Source: Desulfotalea psychrophila LSv54
GTDB lineage: Bacteria > Desulfobacterota > Desulfobulbia > Desulfobulbales > Desulfocapsaceae
Length of the DNA: 32,000 bases
Assembly: GCF_000025945.1 (NCBI RefSeq)
Contig: NC_006138.1
Coordinates: 3,000,001 to 3,032,000, forward strand
Direction of reading: 5' to 3'
Part shown: piece by piece, positions 25,551-32,000 of the stretch
How positions within the stretch are numbered: position 1 is the stretch's first letter
Layout: each line of letters begins with the position of its first letter
Program-made: the position numbers and the translations under genes
The notes under the pieces: model-generated
Seen by the model: the letters and a program-made list of their open reading frames with translations, nothing else
Told to the model about the DNA's origin: nothing
Databases searched by the model: none

Positions 25551-27001
25551 TGGCAACCTCTCTTCTTCAGTTCACACAACCTACAAAGTCACCGGTGCAA
25601 ACACCTCCGACACCCAAAAAAGACCTTGAGAGAAGGTCCGCAGGGCCAGAAGAAGATTTTAAATCCCGCCTCAAAGAGAGCCAGGAAAAGAAGGCTCGAA
25701 AGAAGCAGGAAGAGATCAACAAGGCCCTGCTCATCGGCTTGCCCCTGTTAGCGCCCGAAGCGCCATCTCTGGCAGAAATCGATTCAGGATGTGAAAAAAC
25801 ACCCGCAGTCCCGCTAAATCCAGCACTCACGACAGTCGTTCCAAATCTACAAAACCCTCTTGAGCAGAAAGGACAGCAGCTCCCTCCTGCCAGTGGCCAG
25901 CTTCCTCCTGCCAGTGGCCAGCGTCCTCCTACCAGTGGCCAACTTCCTCCTGCCAGTGGCCAGCTTCCTCTCTCTACCTCCAGCAACAAACAGGCTAACC
26001 AATCTTTATTGGAACCGACCCAGATAGCCCCCAAAACAGGCATGCAAGAAAATGGCGCAAAAAACTTTCTTGAACAAATTCAAAGAATTATTGATGGAGA
26101 AAAACAGCCCCAGACAATTTCTCTCCGCGGTGAGACAAGTCCCCGCCAGCAGGAGACAAAAAACTCCAGTGAAATTTCAACATCTGCTCTCCCCTTAAAA
26201 GGGTTCAACGGGCTACCAATATCACTGCGCCAGAATTTTGCCAGACAAAAAGAGGGCAACCTGCACCGGATAGAACCTGAAAAAGAGGGCGGACAAAAAT
26301 CTGACACATCTCTTCTTATGGGCAAGGGAGAGGGCAAGCAAGTTATTCAGGAAAAAACGAATCTCTCTGGACAAAATCCAAGACAAGAGAATAGCTCATT
26401 GCCTCAAGGAACGAGTTTTACCACAGCCACAAATAGCAGTGGTGAGACAACAGCCTTTCCACAGCTGTTCAGCTCCTCCCTGCCTACAGCACCTCTTGCA
26501 AATCAACCACAAACAGGCCCGGCACAAATTCTGTTACCAAGTGGAAACATTGTCTATGAAGATGAGGTGGTTCAACAGGTCACGGAAAAATTTCGGGCAA
26601 GCGACGCCAAGACGGAATCCAAGATTAATCTCCGCCTTAACCCCGAAGAACTGGGCAAGTTAAAAGTAGACCTCATTATGAAAGAGGGGACACTTCGAGT
26701 CAATGTGGTTACCCACAATAGGCAAGCCCATGATATCCTTGAAAAAAATATGGCAAAACTTAAAAATATACTTGAAAAACAAGGTATTACAGTAAGCGAA
26801 ATGACCATCAGTCAGGCTGAAGAGAGTCCTCAGGAGTCCCATCTTTTTGGAGAACATTTTTCCGGAAGTTCTCAACAAGGACAGCAGACCTTTAAGGACA
26901 ATACGGGTCACTTTGCAGAAAATCTCGCTGAAGCAAAACTAGAAGAGGCCGTAACATCGACCTCACCAGACAATGAATCGGTCGTTAATTTAAGAGCTTA
27001 G
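25550..27001 (+). CDS. fliK: Flagellar hook-length control protein FliK
   Basis: Position before flgD; low-complexity N-terminus and conserved C-terminal region LRLNPEELGKLKVDLIMKEGTLRVNVVTHNRQAHDILEKNMAKLKNILEKQGI. TAATG overlap with the preceding gene. Confidence 0.9.
   Translation: MATSLLQFTQPTKSPVQTPPTPKKDLERRSAGPEEDFKSRLKESQEKKARKKQEEINKALLIGLPLLAPEAPSLAEIDSGCEKTPAVPLNPALTTVVPNLQNPLEQKGQQLPPASGQLPPASGQRPPTSGQLPPASGQLPLSTSSNKQANQSLLEPTQIAPKTGMQENGAKNFLEQIQRIIDGEKQPQTISLRGETSPRQQETKNSSEISTSALPLKGFNGLPISLRQNFARQKEGNLHRIEPEKEGGQKSDTSLLMGKGEGKQVIQEKTNLSGQNPRQENSSLPQGTSFTTATNSSGETTAFPQLFSSSLPTAPLANQPQTGPAQILLPSGNIVYEDEVVQQVTEKFRASDAKTESKINLRLNPEELGKLKVDLIMKEGTLRVNVVTHNRQAHDILEKNMAKLKNILEKQGITVSEMTISQAEESPQESHLFGEHFSGSSQQGQQTFKDNTGHFAENLAEAKLEEAVTSTSPDNESVVNLRA
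25880..25963 (+). repeat. Four tandem 21-nt in-frame units in fliK
   Basis: Units 25880-25900, 25901-25921, 25922-25942, 25943-25963 of type cttcctcctgccagtggccag = LPPASGQ x4 (third unit RPPTSGQ). Confidence 0.95.
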
Positions 27002-27008
27002 GAAACCA

Positions 27009-27755
27009 ATGTCTATAGATTTCGCAGCCATCAATAAAGCCGCAACAACGGGAACAACAACAACCAAAAACGGCTCGCTAGTTTCTGGCAAGAACAGCAC
27101 CATGGGTAAGCAAGAGTTTTTAACCCTCCTCGTTGCCCAACTACAGAACCAGGATCCTCTTAACCCCGATGAGGGGACAGAGTTTACTGCCCAACTGGCA
27201 CAGTTCAGTTCCCTTGAGCAGCTCATGTCCATTAACAAAGGAATGGGGAACATGATTACCTCCACAAGCAACTCTGATAACATTGCTCTTCTCAATACGA
27301 TTGGCAAAGAGGTCCTTTATTACGGTGACGAGATAGATTTCCAGGGCGATCCGGTTGAATTTGGTTACATGCTTGCAGAAAATGCCACCTCGGTAAAGAT
27401 AGAACTACGTCTCAACGGAGAAACTGTTCACAGTATTGACAGCACCGAACTCTCTAAGGGTGATCACACCTTTACCTGGGATGGTATGACTGAAGATGGA
27501 AACCCGGCCGCCCATGGTGCATACAAAATTGTTGTCGCCGCTCAAGGAGCAAAAAATGCAATTATTGCACCTCCCATTATCAAGTCAAAGGTAACCGGTG
27601 TTAATCTTGATCCTCTGCTTCCCACCTCCCTCACCACCACCTTGGGCGGAATAGACTCCTATTCTAAGATTATCGGCATCTCCGAGATACCTCAACAGGC
27701 GGCCAGCCCGAAACTGCCAGAGAGTGAAGAAACACCCAAGGATGAAGAAAAATAG
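27009..27755 (+). CDS. flgD: Flagellar hook assembly protein FlgD
   Basis: MGKQEFLTLLVAQLQNQDPLNPDEGTEFTAQLAQFSSLEQLMSINKGM. Confidence 0.95.
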   Translation: MSIDFAAINKAATTGTTTTKNGSLVSGKNSTMGKQEFLTLLVAQLQNQDPLNPDEGTEFTAQLAQFSSLEQLMSINKGMGNMITSTSNSDNIALLNTIGKEVLYYGDEIDFQGDPVEFGYMLAENATSVKIELRLNGETVHSIDSTELSKGDHTFTWDGMTEDGNPAAHGAYKIVVAAQGAKNAIIAPPIIKSKVTGVNLDPLLPTSLTTTLGGIDSYSKIIGISEIPQQAASPKLPESEETPKDEEK

Positions 27756-27836
27756 AGCGTTTAGTACCTCAACTATACCAATGAGCAAATAACATTTTTT
27801 AAACACCTCTTCAGCGAAAAGCGACAGGAGAATGAT

Positions 27837-29537
27837 ATGGGTATTGGCAGCGCATTATACACAGGAGTCAGTGGACTTAACACCAACGGCCAGGCAATGA
27901 CAGTTATCGGCAACAACCTCGCCAACACCAACACTATTGCCTATAAGGGATCTCGTACAATGTTTTCAGATCTCTTATCCTCCAGCGTCACTGGTTCCGG
28001 TGGCACCTCTCAAGTAGGCCGTGGCGTTGGCCTCTCCCGAGTGGACAACGATTTCAGTCAGGGTACATTTGAATCAACCTCCTCCGGACTTGATCTGGCC
28101 ATTGAAGGAAACAGCTTTTTTCTCCTCAGCCCAAGCAACGACCAGAGCATTCATTACTCACGAGCAGGTTCCTTCAAATTTAATGAGGGTGGCTACCTGG
28201 TAAACCCCGGCGGCCTACGGGTTCAGGGAATAGCCTACGGCGCAGACGGTGAACTTGCAGGTGGCGATCCTAGTGATATTTTTCTTGATGGCGCTGGCAT
28301 GATCAAAGGTGCCGCCACCAGTGAAATGATAATGAACACCAATCTTGACTCCAACGCCAAGATATTTCCCATCGACTTCGATGCCAGCAATACCAACTCC
28401 TATAATTTTTCCGAGGAGCTCACCCTCACGGGACCCGCGACCGTTCCTGCGACTGTTCCTCCGAGCAACAGCACCATCACAGCCCAAACATATTACCGAA
28501 AAACCGCAGAGAACAGCTGGGAGTGCTACTACACGGCAAAAGAAACCATGGCAGACGGTACAGCTGGCAGTTCAACGGCTGCTTCCATCAAGGCGGGAGA
28601 GGTAGAGATAGATGCCGCAGGAAACCTCGTTGACACAAGCTCAGCCACGACCCCGAAAGCAAATTTTGATCCCTTTGCCACCAGTATAGCCTGGGACGAC
28701 ACCGGAGCCACCACAACGGCTGTCACGGCGAGTACAGCGGGAAGCCCGTCGTCGTCAATAGACAAGAGCCTGCGGGAAAACAAAAGCATCTGCACCTTTG
28801 ACTACAAGGATCCCAAGACCTTCACCTATTCCGCCTCGGTACAAATTTTTGACAGTCTTGGTAACCCGCATCTAATCAGCACATATTTCCGCAAAACAGA
28901 CGACAACACCTGGGACACCTACTATTCACTGGAAAAGGAGGATGGCTCCGTCATTCCTGCAGACCCCAACGCCATTTCCCTTACCCAGTTACGCTTTGGC
29001 TCTGAAGGCCAACCCGTTGACTCAGCGGGTCTCCCCCTTGACGGCCCCCCAACAGCAACCACCGAGGAGCCCATCGATTGGGGCAACGGCTCTGAGCCAA
29101 CGCCTATCACCGTTACCTTTGATACCACCCAGTTTAACAGTAGCTCCAAGGTTATCTCTCAAGAGCAGAACGGCTATGGGGCAGGAAACCTGAGCGGAGT
29201 AAATATCGATGAAGGTGGCAATGTTATTGCCGCATACTCCAACGGTAAAAACCGTAACATTGCGGCAATCTCTCTGGCTAAATTCCAAAATCCTGCGGGA
29301 CTGACCATGGAGGGTAATAATCTTTTTGCTGCCACGGGCACCTCAGGAGCACCACGAGTTGGTCTACCCGGACCTGAGCTTGGTAAGGTTTTCACAAACT
29401 CGCTGGAACAATCCAATGTCGATATGAGTGTCGAGTTTGTCCGGATGATCACCATTCAACGTGGCTACCAGGCAAACTCTAAAATCATCACCACCGTTGA
29501 CGAACTACTTGGCGAATTAATTAACCTTAAACGCTAA
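27837..29537 (+). CDS. flgE: Flagellar hook protein FlgE
   Basis: N-terminus ALYTGVSGLNTNGQAMTVIGNNLANTNTIAYKGSRTMFSDLLS; C-terminus SNVDMSVEFVRMITIQRGYQANSKIITTVDELLGELINLKR. Confidence 0.96.
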   Translation: MGIGSALYTGVSGLNTNGQAMTVIGNNLANTNTIAYKGSRTMFSDLLSSSVTGSGGTSQVGRGVGLSRVDNDFSQGTFESTSSGLDLAIEGNSFFLLSPSNDQSIHYSRAGSFKFNEGGYLVNPGGLRVQGIAYGADGELAGGDPSDIFLDGAGMIKGAATSEMIMNTNLDSNAKIFPIDFDASNTNSYNFSEELTLTGPATVPATVPPSNSTITAQTYYRKTAENSWECYYTAKETMADGTAGSSTAASIKAGEVEIDAAGNLVDTSSATTPKANFDPFATSIAWDDTGATTTAVTASTAGSPSSSIDKSLRENKSICTFDYKDPKTFTYSASVQIFDSLGNPHLISTYFRKTDDNTWDTYYSLEKEDGSVIPADPNAISLTQLRFGSEGQPVDSAGLPLDGPPTATTEEPIDWGNGSEPTPITVTFDTTQFNSSSKVISQEQNGYGAGNLSGVNIDEGGNVIAAYSNGKNRNIAAISLAKFQNPAGLTMEGNNLFAATGTSGAPRVGLPGPELGKVFTNSLEQSNVDMSVEFVRMITIQRGYQANSKIITTVDELLGELINLKR

Positions 29538-29552
29538 GGTTAATATATTAAA

Positions 29553-29576
29553 AAACCATATCCTCTCTTTACGGGA
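29553..29576. other. Imperfect hairpin after flgE; poly-A upstream, U-tract only in minus orientation
   Basis: aaaaaaccatatcctctc / ttta / cgggagaatatggt: ACCATAT/ATATGGT outer stem with partial inner pairing (coordinates approximate). Confidence 0.35.
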
Positions 29577-29632
29577 GAATATGGTCTATGCAGCAAAATA
29601 TTACTGTAATATCTTTATCCTGCCCCCCGGGA

Positions 29633-29648
29633 TGGAACAAAAATTGCA
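29633..29648 (+). promoter_or_regulatory. Candidate sigma-54 (-24/-12) promoter upstream of motA
   Basis: tggaacaaaaattgca versus TGGCACGN4TTGCW: two mismatches, exact GG-N10-GC spacing, intact TTGCA; 66 nt upstream of the motA start. Confidence 0.6.
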
Positions 29649-29714
29649 TTTTATATTTCAGGACTGCCCCGTTGGCATTTGACTTTTCGGTGATATTAAT
29701 TGTAGGAGGTTTTT

Positions 29715-30482
29715 TTGGATCTTTCAACGATACTTGGTATATGTGCTGCCTTTGGCCTGATGCTTATGGCTATTCTTCAAGGCGGGCCATTATCTATTTT
29801 CATAAACATTCCCTCCATCATGATTGTTTTTGGTGGAACTGCGGGCAATATTCTTGTCCATTACCCCTTTGCCGATGTTTTTGATGCCATAAACGTGGCA
29901 AAAAAAACGTTCCTATACAAGGAAACCTCGGCCAGTGCCCTGATTGACCAGCTCATGGATTTTGCCAATAAGGCCAGAAAGGAAGGGATTCTTGCCCTGC
30001 AGGCTTCTATAAACACCATAGAGGACCCATTTTTACTCAAGGCAGTACAGATGGCAGTAGATGGCCAGGAGCCCGAGACCCTACGCCGAATGCTGATGAC
30101 TGAAATTGACTACATCCAGGTCAGACATGAAAAGGGTGGCGACATCTTTAACGCCCTGGCACTCTATGCCCCGGCCATGGGCATGGTTGGAACCCTGATT
30201 GGTCTGGTGCAAATGCTCCAGACAATGGATGATCCGTCAACCATTGGCCCAGCCATGGCCGTTGCCCTTTTAACAACATTCTACGGCGCAGTCATAGCAA
30301 ACGTTGTTTGTACCCCCATGGCAGGCAAGCTACGTAATCGATCAGACTCGGAAATCTTGACAAAGACTCTCATTGCCGAGGGAATGCAATCCATTTTATC
30401 TGGAGAAAACCCCAGAATTATGGAACAAAAACTACATGCATTCATTGCGCCTAAGCTACGTGACTCTACCTTTAACAAATAA
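29715..30482 (+). CDS. motA: Flagellar motor stator protein MotA
   Basis: TTG start after an aggaggt SD; INIPSIMIVFGGTAGNILVHYPF, EKGGDIFNALALYAPAMGMVGTLIGLVQML, GPAMAVALLTTFYGAVIANVVCTPMAGKL. Confidence 0.95.
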   Translation: MDLSTILGICAAFGLMLMAILQGGPLSIFINIPSIMIVFGGTAGNILVHYPFADVFDAINVAKKTFLYKETSASALIDQLMDFANKARKEGILALQASINTIEDPFLLKAVQMAVDGQEPETLRRMLMTEIDYIQVRHEKGGDIFNALALYAPAMGMVGTLIGLVQMLQTMDDPSTIGPAMAVALLTTFYGAVIANVVCTPMAGKLRNRSDSEILTKTLIAEGMQSILSGENPRIMEQKLHAFIAPKLRDSTFNK

Positions 30483-30491
30483 GTCAAAATT

Positions 30492-31241
30492 ATGTCAGCT
30501 GAAGAACTCCCGCAAAAAAAGGAAAAAAAATGCGCAGCAGGCGCCCCTGCCTGGATGGTGACCTACTCTGACCTGGTAACCCTGCTACTGACATTTTTTG
30601 TCCTCCTCCTCTCCATGTCAAACGTTGACCCTGTTCGCATGAGCCAGGCATCCAGCTCTATCAAGGATGCCTTTGGCATCCCTATCAAGTCGGTGCCCAC
30701 GGAGTATAGAGTACCTATCTTTCCCGCAATGCTCATAGCCAAATTTTCACCTGTCTCAATAGATAACACAAAGAAAATCCATGAAAAAATCAAAAACAAA
30801 CTCAAAGCCCTGCGGATTAATTCTGAGGTAGAACTGATTAACAAAGACAAAGATATTATAATATTACGCATGGACGACAAGGTTCTTTTTGCCAGAGGCC
30901 AATCTGAAATCAGCCCAAGATCTTACATGTTACTACGTAATATTGCAGACATAATCAGACCTCTACCCGTAAATGTCAGAATTGAAGGACATAGTGATGA
31001 CATCCCCCTTGGTATCAACAACATCGCCAACTGGAACCTCTCAACATCAAGGGCGGTCTCTGCCCTCCGTTTTTTTTACCGCGGAAATCTTATCTCCCTT
31101 GATCGACTCTCCGCCATTGGTTACGGAGACATGCATCCCATAGCCCCAAATACAACAGAGGAAAATAGAGCAAAAAATCGCCGGGTAGACTTTGTCCTCC
31201 GACTTAAGCCCCCTAAGAAAAAGCCAGAAATATTTAAATAA
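30492..31241 (+). CDS. motB: Flagellar motor stator protein MotB (OmpA-like C-terminus)
   Basis: PAWMVTYSDLVTLLLTFFVLLLSMS with the plug/ion-binding Asp; VNVRIEGHSDDIPL, SRAVSALRFF, RRVDFVL. Confidence 0.95.
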   Translation: MSAEELPQKKEKKCAAGAPAWMVTYSDLVTLLLTFFVLLLSMSNVDPVRMSQASSSIKDAFGIPIKSVPTEYRVPIFPAMLIAKFSPVSIDNTKKIHEKIKNKLKALRINSEVELINKDKDIIILRMDDKVLFARGQSEISPRSYMLLRNIADIIRPLPVNVRIEGHSDDIPLGINNIANWNLSTSRAVSALRFFYRGNLISLDRLSAIGYGDMHPIAPNTTEENRAKNRRVDFVLRLKPPKKKPEIFK

Positions 31242-31287
31242 TTTTCAATCCTTATAAATTATCTTCATCACAAAATCAGGCACTCAT

Positions 31288-31776
31288 ATGGCAGAAGAAA
31301 AAGCTTCCCCTCAGGAAAAAAACGGCAAGAAAAAAAAATTGTTCCTCATCGGTGGTATAGCCCTGGTGGCAATTATACTCATCGGAATTATCGCTTACCT
31401 GCTTCTCAACAAGGGCGATGACACTCAGGTAACAGATAAAAACGTCCCCGTCCCTCAGGTAAATGCAACAAACCTGGGCCCCATGGTCGATCTGCAAGAT
31501 TTTGTAGTCAACATTATCAGCGATGAAGAGAACCACTATGTAAAAACAGCCATCACTCTTGAGGTAAGCAATAGCAGCGCATCCGAAGAGGTAGGCATGC
31601 GAATGCCACAGATGCGTGACACTATTATTTTGATTTTTGGCAACAAAGATTACCGTGAGCTACAGGATCTTCAGGGAAAAAAACAACTCAAAGCAGAGAT
31701 AAGCTCTCGAATAAACGCAATATTACAAACCGGACAGGTGGTGGCGGTTTATTTTACAGCCTTTGTGGTACAATAA
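31288..31776 (+). CDS. fliL: Flagellar basal body-associated protein FliL
   Basis: Single TM segment LFLIGGIALVAIILIGIIAYLLL, YVKTAITLEVSNSS, RDTIILIFGNKDYRELQDLQGKKQLKAEISSRINAIL. Confidence 0.9.
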   Translation: MAEEKASPQEKNGKKKKLFLIGGIALVAIILIGIIAYLLLNKGDDTQVTDKNVPVPQVNATNLGPMVDLQDFVVNIISDEENHYVKTAITLEVSNSSASEEVGMRMPQMRDTIILIFGNKDYRELQDLQGKKQLKAEISSRINAILQTGQVVAVYFTAFVVQ

Positions 31777-31792
31777 TTGCTAAAGATTACAT

Positions 31793-32000
31793 ATGGAACC
31801 CATTCTTAGCAAAACAGAAATAGCCGAACTTCTCAGAGCTATCCGCCAAGGGAAAATATCTCTTGATGGTGGCCGAGAAGTAAACTCTATTGACTATGAA
31901 AAAGTTAATTTATTTGAACTGACACCTCCTGTTGATGACAAGGTTAAAATACCAAACTTTGACATCATTATGGATAGTTTCGCCCGTCATTACTCAATTT
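31793..32000 (+). CDS. fliM: Flagellar motor switch protein FliM, N-terminal fragment (truncated by window end)
   Basis: ATG at 31793: MEPILSKTEIAELLRAIRQGKISLDGGREVNSIDYEKVNLFELTPPVDDKVKIPNFDIIMDSFARHYSI, matching the FliM N-terminal LSQ-x-EIDALL-like motif and position after fliL. Not in the supplied ORF track. Confidence 0.9.
   Translation, partial: MEPILSKTEIAELLRAIRQGKISLDGGREVNSIDYEKVNLFELTPPVDDKVKIPNFDIIMDSFARHYSI

Noticed and set aside
25567-26043. Minus-strand ORF with GGSWPLAGGSWPL repeats
   Set aside because: Reverse complement of the fliK LPPASGQ array; shadow ORF.
29588-29884. 98-aa plus-strand ORF starting before motA
   Set aside because: Runs out of frame into motA; its Trp/Cys-rich translation and the motA SD plus TTG start favour motA as the real frame.
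1-32000. Mobile element, prophage, toxin-antitoxin, retron or defence island
   Set aside because: No transposase, integrase, reverse transcriptase, phage structural or restriction-type protein found in the supplied ORFs; nearly all space is taken by core metabolic, chemotaxis and flagellar genes.

Overview
This 32 kb window is dominated by a chemotaxis and flagellar (hook-basal body) locus. It appears to come from a deltaproteobacterial, Desulfobulbales/Desulfotalea-like organism; that taxonomic guess is inference from gene content and protein style only. Order: partial uncharacterised protein (-, cut by window start), engB (-), hisG (-), hisI (-), FKBP-type PPIase (+), cheA-cheW-cheB-cheR (+), pentapeptide-repeat secreted protein and thermonuclease (-), sigma-54 enhancer-binding regulator (+), a minus-strand unit cheY / single CheX-like / double CheX-like protein with a C-terminal pseudo-receiver, a large exported TPR protein (+), then flgB-flgC-fliE-fliF-fliG-fliH-fliI-fliJ-motE-like-fliK-flgD-flgE, motA-motB-fliL and the start of fliM (cut by window end). 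I see no CRISPR array, transposon, phage, retron, toxin-antitoxin or defence island, and I do not claim a wholly new system. The items most worth follow-up are: (i) the cheY + three-CheX-domain unit ending in a receiver-like domain with its phosphorylation residues replaced; (ii) an exported TPR protein placed directly before flgB with a sigma-54-like promoter; (iii) three sigma-54-like -24/-12 sites (before the TPR gene, flgB and motA) matching the encoded GAFTGA-containing regulator; (iv) a hybrid CheA with a repeat-containing linker, extra CheW-like region and receiver; (v) an exported pentapeptide protein with two CxxCDL-headed repeat blocks next to a secreted nuclease; (vi) a strong minus-orientation terminator with no annotated minus-strand gene feeding it.
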